Below, in pieces: positions 26,816 to 35,654 of a stretch of DNA of 64,000 bases. Position numbers and translations under genes: made by a program. Every line of letters begins with the position of its first letter. The stretch's first letter is position 1. The notes beneath the pieces were generated by a model. That model made no database searches. It saw only the letters and a program-made list of their open reading frames with translations, and was not told the DNA's origin. The DNA is from Kiritimatiellia bacterium (GTDB lineage Bacteria; Verrucomicrobiota; Kiritimatiellia; JAAZAB01), in the NCBI GenBank assembly GCA_040767085.1, contig JAXGPF010000006.1, forward strand, positions 256,001 through 320,000. Direction: 5' to 3'.

Positions 26816-27772
26816 TCACGGCTCGATGTGGCCCGGGGCGTGCCGGTGCGCCAGCGCGCGCGCGAAATAATCGTCCAGCAATTCAATTTCAAATTCCGCG
26901 GCCATGGCGCGGGCGCTGGTCTCCGGAATTTCGCTGGAAATCAGCACGGAGCCCAGGCGGCCGGGGTCGCGGATGGTCACGCCCGGGCCGTACTTGACCT
27001 TGAGCGCCGCCAGTTTGTCCCAGTTGTAATCCAGATGCGCGACCACGCAATCCAGGTTGACCGCGGCGGTGACGAAATCGAAATAGTTGGTGCTCTGGGC
27101 CAGGATTTCCCCCAGCGGGTTCAGCATCACTCCCTGCAACTCGCGCTTGCCGAAGGCGCCCACCAGGTGCGCCCGGCAGGAATAAGCCCAGTAATTCTGC
27201 ATCAGGCCGCCATGGTACATCGAGCAGAAGACCAGCAGATCCGGGCGCGCTTGCGCGTATTTAAGGCGCAACTCGTCAAAATTCAGGTCAAAACAAATCG
27301 CGCATCCCACCCGCCCGAAATCGCACTCGAACACCGGGGCATCCTTGCCGAACAAGGCCTGCGACTGGGTATGCTCCTCGATCACCAGGTGATTCTTGTT
27401 GTAAATGCCCAGCACCTGGCCCCGCCGGTCAAGCAATTGGGTGGAATTGCGGAAGGAGCCATCCGGCAATTCGCGCATGGCGGAGTAAGCGATGTAACAA
27501 TGGTTGGCGCGGGCGATCTCGCGCATGGCATCGCGCACCCGGTCGCCGCGGGCGCGGTAATACTTCAGAACGCGCGTGCAGTCGGGCGCGAAATCCGCCG
27601 GCCGGTCGCAACACTCGGGCAGCACAATCAAATCCGGCCGGTCCGGCAACACCTGGGCAATGCGCCCGCGCAGGTGTGCAATGACTTCTTCCACAACCCG
27701 GCGGTCATCCGCCCCATCCACATCCTGCGCCGCGCCGCAACTGATGGAACTGATTTTAACATATTTTGCCAT
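26816..27772 (-). CDS. Carbon-nitrogen hydrolase (nitrilase superfamily)
   Basis: VLPECC, YNKNH, ICFDLNF triad motifs; AAGGA RBS; paralogue of 13975-14913. Confidence 0.9.
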   Translation of the reverse strand: MAKYVKISSISCGAAQDVDGADDRRVVEEVIAHLRGRIAQVLPDRPDLIVLPECCDRPADFAPDCTRVLKYYRARGDRVRDAMREIARANHCYIAYSAMRELPDGSFRNSTQLLDRRGQVLGIYNKNHLVIEEHTQSQALFGKDAPVFECDFGRVGCAICFDLNFDELRLKYAQARPDLLVFCSMYHGGLMQNYWAYSCRAHLVGAFGKRELQGVMLNPLGEILAQSTNYFDFVTAAVNLDCVVAHLDYNWDKLAALKVKYGPGVTIRDPGRLGSVLISSEIPETSARAMAAEFEIELLDDYFARALAHRHAPGHIEP

Positions 27773-27925
27773 AAGGTTTCCTTCGTTGCAATGTCCGGCG
27801 CCCTGCGCCGTCGCATACCCTCCGTGCCGGGCGCCAAACCAGCGGAACATTATTCCGCGCGCCGGCGGGAAGTCAACCACATTCCAAGACCACGACACCA
27901 CATTCCTAAACCGCTGCATGCATAG

Positions 27926-28307
27926 GGTGTAAGACAAATTTGTTGGTAATTTGAATAAACTTTAATTTAACGGCGGATTTCAGTGTGATATATGATCCCG
28001 CCATAGATACAATTCTGTAAATTCCGGTAATTTCGGCCAGGTTACACTATCCTGGCCGAAATTGGGCCACCGCGTTGCGAATTCCGCTCCCCGAGCCTGT
28101 CGAGGGGTTCGAAAAGACAAGGCAAGTTTGGGGTGGATGCGTGCGCGCCGGCGGGCGGGGCTAATCTCGAGATTGCCCCGCTCCCGGCAAGTTCGCCCGC
28201 AGGGTCCGCGCAGCGGACAGACGCCTCAAAATCGCCGCAGTGCTTTTCGAACGGAATTCGCTACGCATCCCTGCCACCGCATTACCTCAACTAATTTGTC
28301 TTACACC
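27926..28307. mobile_element. 382-bp non-coding MITE-like element with nested internal elements
   Basis: Perfect 15-bp terminal IR GGTGTAAGACAAATT, imperfectly extending to ~25 bp; internal 13-bp hairpin at 28029-28063 and internal IR element at 28072-28266. Confidence 0.75.
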
Positions 28308-28379
28308 TGCATGCCCAATCCGCGCAGTGGGGATTATTAGCATGAGCGGCCGGCGCGGAACGCTGTCGTTGATCCTGTC

Positions 28380-29348
28380 TCACCCGCGTCCGGCACAGAA
28401 GAGCGCGATGTTTTTGAACAGCTTGACGGTGTCCGCCAGGTTGGCTTCGCCGGTAGCCTTCAGGATTTCGGCCAGGCCGGCATCGGGATGCGGGCTGACC
28501 AGCACCACCCTCCCCTTGCCGCAGCCGGCGCGGATGATCGGCGCATATTTTTCCGTGGAATCGAAGTACGCCGGCGCGATGTCGCGGCCGCGCCGGACCA
28601 GCAACGGCCCGTTGCAACGCTTGATTTTCAGCCGGACGGTATAGCGCCTGAGAAATGCCGGGCGCGGATACAGGGCGTAACATACCCGCGCCGCGGAGCC
28701 GGCCAATCCGCGCGCCAGGGGATCGGCCGGGTCCAGCAGCACATCGGCAAAGCCCTGTTCGCGGAAGTAAACATAGGTGGAATCGCATAGGCCCAGGTAA
28801 TCCTTCAACGGGAAAAACGCGCCCGCGCAGAACCCGAACAAGCCGCCGCCGGCGCGCACATAGTCCCGGAAACGGCGGCCCATGGCGGCATTGAGAAAAT
28901 AGCCAAAACCGCCCGGGCAGAAAACCGCGGCATAGCGGCGCATCTCACCGGCCAGGATCTGCTCCGACTGGATGAACTCGTAGTTCAAGCCGGCGATGTC
29001 GAACAATTCCGCCGTGGGATTGGCGCGGTTGGCCCCGGAAAAGCGCCAGGGATAATCGGTGTAAAATCCGATTTTTTCACGCCGGTTGAAGGCGGCGGTT
29101 TCCGCGGCGCGAAACCCGCGGATCATGCCCGCCAGGCGCCGCCGCTGCGGCGGCGCCAGCCCGCCGGCCGGCTTCGTGGGCTGGTGCATCCGCCGCACGG
29201 CCTGTTCCGCGGCGGCGCGGGTGCGGCCGGCATGGCTCCAGAAAATTTTCGATCCGCCGCCCTGGGCGAAGATGGGCATGTAATAGCCATCCGGGCATTT
29301 GCGGATCAGCTTGATATCCTGCTCGAGTTCATTCCGTCGGACATTCAT
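28380..29348 (-). CDS. BPL_N-like class I glutamine amidotransferase-fold protein
   Basis: FCPGG, GGGLFGFCAGA nucleophile elbow, GKGRVVLVSPHPD. Confidence 0.7.
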   Translation of the reverse strand: MNVRRNELEQDIKLIRKCPDGYYMPIFAQGGGSKIFWSHAGRTRAAAEQAVRRMHQPTKPAGGLAPPQRRRLAGMIRGFRAAETAAFNRREKIGFYTDYPWRFSGANRANPTAELFDIAGLNYEFIQSEQILAGEMRRYAAVFCPGGFGYFLNAAMGRRFRDYVRAGGGLFGFCAGAFFPLKDYLGLCDSTYVYFREQGFADVLLDPADPLARGLAGSAARVCYALYPRPAFLRRYTVRLKIKRCNGPLLVRRGRDIAPAYFDSTEKYAPIIRAGCGKGRVVLVSPHPDAGLAEILKATGEANLADTVKLFKNIALFCAGRG

Positions 29349-29481
29349 GTTACACCAGGATTTCTTTTAAAAGTTTTCCGTGTTCGGGGTTCCGTGTTCG
29401 GGGTGTCCATTGCATGGGACAGGCATTTTTGGATATTTAAAATTAGGCGGCCAGGCCCCTGGCCGCTTTCTTCAGCGGTAC

Positions 29482-30492
29482 TCAAGGCGCAAGAATCCGG
29501 GCGACGATTTCGCCTTGCCCCGCGTAGGGATGGGTGGCGGCGTGATGGTCGCCGCGATTGTGGGGATCGATGCGCAGGCATCCGTGGCGCTGGAGATAGC
29601 CCGCGGCCGGCGCGCGCACCGCCCGGGTCTCCAGGGTTGCGGAATCGTAAATCCACCCCAGCAACGCGCCTTTTTTCACCGGCGCCGCCAACCGGATGCC
29701 GGCACGTAAAAACAGGCCCGCGCTGGGCGCCGCCACTTCGATGGCCTGCGCGTCATTGGTCCAGACCTGCGGCACATCGCCCTGCTCCGGCCGGCCCGGC
29801 AGCATCTTCAGCAGTTTTAGACAGTTTTGCACCGCGCGCAAGCCGCGGCGCACTTCCGCTGACACGAGAATATTCTGGCCTGAAAATTCGATGCAGATGG
29901 CGGCGCGGCCGGTGTCGTTGAAATACGAGGTCAGCGTGCAGGGCGTCACCGGCCGCCTTTTGCGTTCCGGCATCCATGCGGAATGGCTCGCAAACCTTAT
30001 CCCCGAGGCCTTGGCCAGTTGCAGGCTGGGCCCGTAACCCGTGCGCGCCAGCACGCCGGCCGCCCAGGTATGATTCCAGGAATGCAGGTCAATATTATGG
30101 GTGGCCTGGTCCACCAGGGCGTGCTTGAGCGCAAACGAGGCGCGCTGCGCGCTGGTGCCCGCGGGGTCGCCCGGCCAGGTGCCGTTGATGTTATTGACCC
30201 GATCGCGGGAGTAAACCCGGCCGATCTCGTAGTCAATATGCGGCTGATGCTTCTGGATCGCGCGCAGGTTGGCAAACGGCAGCAGCAGGCACCGGCCGCG
30301 CTCCAGCCGGCGGCGGAGCATTGGCATCAGCCGCCGGATGACTCCCGTCCCATGCAATTCCGTGCCATGCAAGGCGGCGGTGATCAGCACGCAGGGGCCC
30401 GGACGGCCGGAATCAATTTCGCAATATGAAATTTTATATTCCGCGCCGTCGGACTCGGCGGCCGGAATGGATTTGATTTTTAATGCGTTCAT
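29482..30492 (-). CDS. Succinylglutamate desuccinylase/aspartoacylase (M14-like) family protein
   Basis: GPCVLITAALHGTELHG, IDLHS, IEFSG, C-terminal biotinyl-like APSAGLF. Confidence 0.85.
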   Translation of the reverse strand: MNALKIKSIPAAESDGAEYKISYCEIDSGRPGPCVLITAALHGTELHGTGVIRRLMPMLRRRLERGRCLLLPFANLRAIQKHQPHIDYEIGRVYSRDRVNNINGTWPGDPAGTSAQRASFALKHALVDQATHNIDLHSWNHTWAAGVLARTGYGPSLQLAKASGIRFASHSAWMPERKRRPVTPCTLTSYFNDTGRAAICIEFSGQNILVSAEVRRGLRAVQNCLKLLKMLPGRPEQGDVPQVWTNDAQAIEVAAPSAGLFLRAGIRLAAPVKKGALLGWIYDSATLETRAVRAPAAGYLQRHGCLRIDPHNRGDHHAATHPYAGQGEIVARILAP

Positions 30493-30932
30493 GATTTTAT
30501 TTCACTCAAAATAACAACGTGAATATCGCTGATTTTCCGGAGGCCAACATCATTGGTTATCAACACGCCGCCGTGTTCCAGCGCACAGGCGGCCTGAAAC
30601 ATATCCGGCAGGGGCAATCCATATTTTGCTCTTAATGCTCCAGCCATGGCGCCGGTTTTACAGGTAAATTCGCAAAGCTTAATATTTTCCGCGTTCACGA
30701 AAGCCTGGCGATATATGTCAGCCAGATCATTGCGCCCGTTGCGCAATGGTTTCACCAAAATTTCCGCCATGGTCACCGGTGTTATCAGTCCCTGGAAATT
30801 TCCGGCTTCCGCGCGCTGTAACAACCATTCGACCACTCCGCCATATTTCTCGTGATTCTCGAAAAGATATATCAGCAGCATGGTGTCAATCACCGCGCCG
30901 CGGCAGCCTTTGAGTTGCTCCGGCAATTTCAT
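30489..30932 (-). CDS. vapC: VapC-type PIN domain toxin
   Basis: IDTMLLIY.FE, TMAEILVKP, LPDMFQAACA, LITND. Confidence 0.88.
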   Translation of the reverse strand: MKLPEQLKGCRGAVIDTMLLIYLFENHEKYGGVVEWLLQRAEAGNFQGLITPVTMAEILVKPLRNGRNDLADIYRQAFVNAENIKLCEFTCKTGAMAGALRAKYGLPLPDMFQAACALEHGGVLITNDVGLRKISDIHVVILSEIKS

Positions 30933-31162
30933 GGCCGGCTGCCCCATTCAGACCGTAATTGCTTGACATAGTCGGTGGCATCCCGGCCATCGCTCAATTC
31001 CCGGCCGATCCCCCGCAGGCCGCTGGTGGTGGCCGGATACATCACAATGCAGCGTCCGCGGCACTCCATGTTGACGCGCGAAAAAGGGCGCAAGCCCAGT
31101 TTTTGCCGTTCCGCGCGCGGGATCACCACCTGAAACCGTTGCCCCACTTTGGCGGTTGTCAT
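30929..31162 (-). CDS. vapB: AbrB/MazE/SpoVT-type antitoxin
   Basis: AKVGQRFQVVIPRAERQKLGL, C-terminal YVKQLRSEW; ATGA overlap with the toxin; GGAGG RBS. Confidence 0.85.
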   Translation of the reverse strand: MTTAKVGQRFQVVIPRAERQKLGLRPFSRVNMECRGRCIVMYPATTSGLRGIGRELSDGRDATDYVKQLRSEWGSRP

Positions 31163-31195
31163 ACACTACCTCCTTTTTCATTCATTTCAGCTTAT

Positions 31196-31223
31196 ATCAT
31201 ATTGCCCACCCCAAAAAAGTCAA
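31196..31223 (-). promoter_or_regulatory. Candidate sigma70 promoter of the TA module
   Basis: Minus strand TTGACT-N16-TATGAT. Confidence 0.5.
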
Positions 31224-31579
31224 CCATTAAAAGATTAGGGTCAGTCCCGTATTATAGTATTTTGTTCAGACAGATGCGCATTAGAACGCTTTATCGGTTC
31301 TGGTTCATCCCGACCAGCCGCGGGAAATGCAACCAGCAAACTGTCTGCTCCACTGATTTTCCAAGGCTTGCGCAAGCCCGCAATCCGCCATTGCCAAGGC
31401 TTTGGCGGAGACATTCCAACTTCCAGTATTAACCAATTGCCGCCGTGTGCAGGCGGAGATTGACCCTGATGCCGATTTGGTTTACGATGTAACTGGTTTA
31501 GGGGAATGGCGCTTTGACATTTGCCCGCTGGCATCGGTTTTATGCGCGCCAGTAACTGCGTCTGCTCTCTGCTTGAAAT

Positions 31580-33220
31580 ATGCATAATCCCATGATATTC
31601 GATTGCTGGACTTCCTATGGGATTGGCCCGAAGAAGGAAGAGCAGGAACGCTGGGCTTTGGCGCACCTGCTGGAGGATCTCGACCATTTCGGACTGGCCG
31701 GCGCGCTGGTGCGCCATGAGCAGGCGCAGCATTACGATCCGATGTTCTGCAACCGGAGGTTGCTGGCGGAACTGGCCCCGCATCGTAACAAACTGTTCCC
31801 CTGCTGGTCGGCGATTCCGCATCAATACGGGGATTTTCCGGCGCCGGCTGAATTTTTGCGCGAGGCGGATGCCGGCGATGTGCGGGCATTCTGCATTCAG
31901 CCGAAATTGCACGGGGTGCCGGCGGACGCCGGCGAGTGGCGGGAATTGGCGGATGCGCTGAACCGGCGACAGACTTTGATTTTGACGCCTTTGTCGGAAT
32001 TGGGCGATGATTTCGGCACAGCGTGTGATTTCTGCCGCGTTTTCGCGGATTGCCCGGTGGTGATCACGGGGGCATCCTGGGGGCAATGGCGCCTGGTTTA
32101 TGCCCTGATGAACTCCTGCCCGAACGCCCATCTGGAATGCCATGTCTTTCAAGCCAACCGCGCGGTGGAATATTTTGGCGGACGGTTTGGGATTGACCGG
32201 CTGCTGTTCGGGTCGGGATTGCTCCGGCATTCCGCCGGCGCGGCGCGCGGGTTCGTTGACTGGTCGCTGCTGCCGGATGCGGCAGTTGCAAAATTCGCCG
32301 GCGCCAACCTGCGGCGGCTTTTGGGCGCGGGGCCGGAATCAGCGCCGGCGCCGCCGGCGGATGCCGACATGATTGTCCGCGCGGCGCGCGCCGGTCAACC
32401 GTCGCCGGTGCTGACCCTGGATGCGCATGCGCATGTATTGCACGAGGGCTTGAACGGCGCCGGCAAGCAATATGTAATGGCAAGAGGCGACTGGCCGGGC
32501 ATGCGCGAGCTGACCCGGCGGATGGGTGTATCCTTGACCGCGCTGATGAGCTGGAACGGCACGGTCAGCATGGATGTGGATTCGGGCAATGATCTGATTG
32601 CCGGGTTGGTGCAGGCGCATGGCGCGGAAGTCGTGGGATTGTCGAGTTGCAACCCGGTTGTCCAGGACGCCGCGGCCATCCGCAAAATGTGCGCGCGGAT
32701 GCACCTGGAACTGGGATGCCGCGGCATGAAACCGTATCACACTAACAGCCTGTCATATGCCGATCCCGGCTATGCGCCATGGTGGGAATTCTGCAACGGG
32801 CACCGGTTGTACGGCCTGCTGCATGTCAATTCCGGCACGGGCGGGCACGCGGCGGCGGCGGAACTGGCGCGGCGCTATCCCGAGGCGACATTCCTGATCG
32901 CCCATGCCGCCGGTTCCTGGCCGGCGGCGCGCGCGGCGGCCGAGTTGATGCAAAAGCACAAAAATATCATGGCGGAAGTGACTTTGACGCCGGTATGCAA
33001 CGGCACGATCGAATATTTGTGCCGGACGGCGGGCGCCGACCGGGTGTTGTTCGGCACGGACGCACCCATGCGCGACCCGCGCCCGCAACTGGGCTGGTGC
33101 GTATATGCCCGACTGAGCCTGGCTGAGAAAAAACAGGTGCTGGGCGAAAATTTCCGGCGTATCCTGCGGCAGGGCAATCTGCCCGGCCATGCCCTGCCGG
33201 CCTGCCTGTCCGCGTCATGA
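31580..33220 (+). CDS. Amidohydrolase-superfamily protein with two tandem TIM-barrel domains
   Basis: C-domain LDAHAH, LLH, IAHA, VLFGTDAP, GENFRRIL; N-domain homologous (LLFGSG, GANLRRLL) but lacking the metal ligands. Confidence 0.82.
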   Translation: MHNPMIFDCWTSYGIGPKKEEQERWALAHLLEDLDHFGLAGALVRHEQAQHYDPMFCNRRLLAELAPHRNKLFPCWSAIPHQYGDFPAPAEFLREADAGDVRAFCIQPKLHGVPADAGEWRELADALNRRQTLILTPLSELGDDFGTACDFCRVFADCPVVITGASWGQWRLVYALMNSCPNAHLECHVFQANRAVEYFGGRFGIDRLLFGSGLLRHSAGAARGFVDWSLLPDAAVAKFAGANLRRLLGAGPESAPAPPADADMIVRAARAGQPSPVLTLDAHAHVLHEGLNGAGKQYVMARGDWPGMRELTRRMGVSLTALMSWNGTVSMDVDSGNDLIAGLVQAHGAEVVGLSSCNPVVQDAAAIRKMCARMHLELGCRGMKPYHTNSLSYADPGYAPWWEFCNGHRLYGLLHVNSGTGGHAAAAELARRYPEATFLIAHAAGSWPAARAAAELMQKHKNIMAEVTLTPVCNGTIEYLCRTAGADRVLFGTDAPMRDPRPQLGWCVYARLSLAEKKQVLGENFRRILRQGNLPGHALPACLSAS

Positions 33221-33266
33221 AAGGTCTTTACGGTAAATTCGGGTTCCTCATCTTTTTGGTGGCGCT

Positions 33267-33845
33267 ATGAAAAATGTTTTAATATTATCCGTTTTAATTT
33301 TGCAATTGGGATGCGTCAGCACGGAAAGGACAAGCATGACCGAGAAACGCGCGGAAAATACCGTTGTAGTGATGGAAACCTCTCACGGCGCCATGGAAAT
33401 CGAGCTGTTCGACGAACAGGCGCCGGTATCCGTCAGCAACTTCCTGGCTTACGCGGACGCGGGCTTTTACAATGGCACCGTCTTCCATCGCGTCATCCCG
33501 GGCTTCATGATCCAGGGCGGCGGCTTCGATGCCGGCCTGCGGCAGAAAGCCACGCAGGCGCCCATCAAAAACGAGGCGCCTAACGGACTGAAAAACGACC
33601 GCGGCGCGCTGGCCATGGCCCGCACCATGGAGATTGACAGCGCCACCGCGCAGTTTTTCATCAATGTGGCGGACAACGCTTTCCTTAATCACGGCGTCCG
33701 CGATTACGGCTATGCCGTGTTCGCCCGCGTCACCGCCGGCATGGATGTGGCGGACAAGATCGCCGCGACCCCGACCGCCACTCAAAACGGCATGAGCGAC
33801 GTGCCGGCCCAGGCCGTCATCATCAAGTCCATACGCCGGAAATAA
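33267..33845 (+). CDS. Cyclophilin-type peptidyl-prolyl cis-trans isomerase (probable lipoprotein)
   Basis: [42 protein letters not shown]-terminal LQLGC lipobox-like. Confidence 0.95.
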   Translation: MKNVLILSVLILQLGCVSTERTSMTEKRAENTVVVMETSHGAMEIELFDEQAPVSVSNFLAYADAGFYNGTVFHRVIPGFMIQGGGFDAGLRQKATQAPIKNEAPNGLKNDRGALAMARTMEIDSATAQFFINVADNAFLNHGVRDYGYAVFARVTAGMDVADKIAATPTATQNGMSDVPAQAVIIKSIRRK

Positions 33846-33989
33846 ACCCGGCCGGAACCCCGGCATGACCCACGGCCATCCCTGCGGCGGGCCGTGGACC
33901 GGCAAGGACAGTCCTTTATAGAGCGCAGCACAATGGCCTGTGCGGCATAACGGCGCACTGGCCTTAACCATGATGCGGAGGGATTGGAG

Positions 33990-35654
33990 ATGGATGCGGC
34001 TTACACGGTTTCGCGTTACATTCTGGACCGGCTGCATCAGACCGGGGTTGGCCATTTGTTTGGCGTGCCTGGTGATTACGTGCTGGATTTTCTCGACGAG
34101 GTTCTAGCCAGTCCTCTCCGTTGGGTGGGGAACTGCAACGAACTCAACGCGGGGTATGCGGCCGACGGCTATGCGCGCATGAACGGCATTGCAGGGGCCG
34201 TAGTGACCTACGGTGTGGGCGGGCTGAGCATTGCCAACGCCGTGGCGGGCGCCTACGCCGAGCAGGTGCCGCTGATCGTGGTATCCGGCGCGCCCCCCAC
34301 GCGGCGGCGGGCATCCGGCGCGCAGGTTCACCATCTGGTGCGCAACTACCAGTTGCAATACGATGTGTTCCGCAAAATCACGGCGGCAGCGGCAATGCTG
34401 ACCGATCCGGCGACTGCGCCAGACGAAATCGACCGCGTGATCGGGCTGTGCATGGCGCGGAAACTGCCGGGCTATCTGGAATTACCGGCCGACATGGCGC
34501 GGGCGCCGTGCCGGCCGCCCGCCGGACGCCTGCAATTGCCGGCGGCTGTTTCCGATCCGGACGCCCTGGCGGCATGCGTCGCCGAAACGGCGGCGCGCTT
34601 CGAAAAAGCAGCGCATCCCGTGGCGCTGGTTGGGGTCAAACTGATGCGCCAGCGGCTGGGCGCCGAGGCGCTGAAGCTGGTCGAGACGGTCGAAATCCCG
34701 TTTGCGTCGTTGCTGAGCAGCAAAAGTCTGCTGCCGGAATTCCACCCCCAGTTCATCGGTATTTATCAGGGCGGCTGGAGCAGGGAGAGTGTGCGCCGGC
34801 AGGTGGAGGATTCCGATTGCCTGTTGTCGCTCGGCGTCTGGATGACCGACCTGGACACGGGATTGTTCAGCACGCACTTCGACCCCGGCCGCGTTATTTC
34901 TGCCGGCGCCAGCCAGGTGCGGATCGGTGAAAAGACATTTGACGGCGTGCTGCTGGGGGATTTTGTCCGCGCGCTGACCGCCGCACTCCGGCCCCGCTCC
35001 TATCTCCAATCGCATCCCGCCCAGCGGAGAGCGATCAAACCGCCTTTTACGGCGCGTCCGGCCTGCCCGCTGACCGCGGCGCGCGTTTATGAATGCCTGA
35101 ATGATTTCCTGGACGACCAGATGGTGCTGCTGGCCGAGCCCGGCGATGCCTTCTGCGCGGCGCCGGACTTCCTGATCGAGGAGGCCGAGAATTTTATCGT
35201 CCAGGCCTATTATGCATCCATCGGGTTCTGCACGCCCGCGGCATTGGGTGTGGGGCTGGCGCGCCCTGCCAAACGGCCGGTGGTATTGACCGGCGACGGC
35301 GCGTTGCAAATGACCGTCCAGGAAATTTCAACTCTCATCCGCCAGCGGTGTCCGGCGATCATCATGGTAATCAATAACGACGGATATCTCATCGAGCGGG
35401 CACTCCACACAGACGGCGCCTACAACGACCTTCAGCCCTGGGCCTATTCCCGGCTGCCCGGCCTGTTTGATCCCAGCGGCAAGGCCGCCTTCGGCGTGCG
35501 CGTGACCACTGAAGAAGAACTGGCGGCCGCCCTGGCGCGCGCGGAACAAGAGAAAGACATGGTATGCCTTATCGAAGCCTGGCTGCCTAACCGGGATTGT
35601 TCCGACGGGCTGCGTCAGCTGGGACAGGCTTTCCGCGGGAAGGTGAAACAATAG
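33990..35654 (+). CDS. ThDP-dependent alpha-keto acid decarboxylase (pyruvate/indolepyruvate decarboxylase family)
   Basis: FGVPGDY, CNELNAGYAADGYAR, HH, GDGALQMT..NNDGYLIE. Confidence 0.92.
   Translation: MDAAYTVSRYILDRLHQTGVGHLFGVPGDYVLDFLDEVLASPLRWVGNCNELNAGYAADGYARMNGIAGAVVTYGVGGLSIANAVAGAYAEQVPLIVVSGAPPTRRRASGAQVHHLVRNYQLQYDVFRKITAAAAMLTDPATAPDEIDRVIGLCMARKLPGYLELPADMARAPCRPPAGRLQLPAAVSDPDALAACVAETAARFEKAAHPVALVGVKLMRQRLGAEALKLVETVEIPFASLLSSKSLLPEFHPQFIGIYQGGWSRESVRRQVEDSDCLLSLGVWMTDLDTGLFSTHFDPGRVISAGASQVRIGEKTFDGVLLGDFVRALTAALRPRSYLQSHPAQRRAIKPPFTARPACPLTAARVYECLNDFLDDQMVLLAEPGDAFCAAPDFLIEEAENFIVQAYYASIGFCTPAALGVGLARPAKRPVVLTGDGALQMTVQEISTLIRQRCPAIIMVINNDGYLIERALHTDGAYNDLQPWAYSRLPGLFDPSGKAAFGVRVTTEEELAAALARAEQEKDMVCLIEAWLPNRDCSDGLRQLGQAFRGKVKQ

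Noticed and set aside
31238-31579. Possible transposase remnant or small ORF between the TA module and the amidohydrolase
   Set aside because: No recognisable protein motif in any frame; only a short palindrome is supportable
33846-33989. TPP riboswitch upstream of the ThDP enzyme; cobalamin riboswitch upstream of the cobO operon
   Set aside because: Conserved cores (CTGAGA..ACCTGA for TPP; B12 box) are not seen
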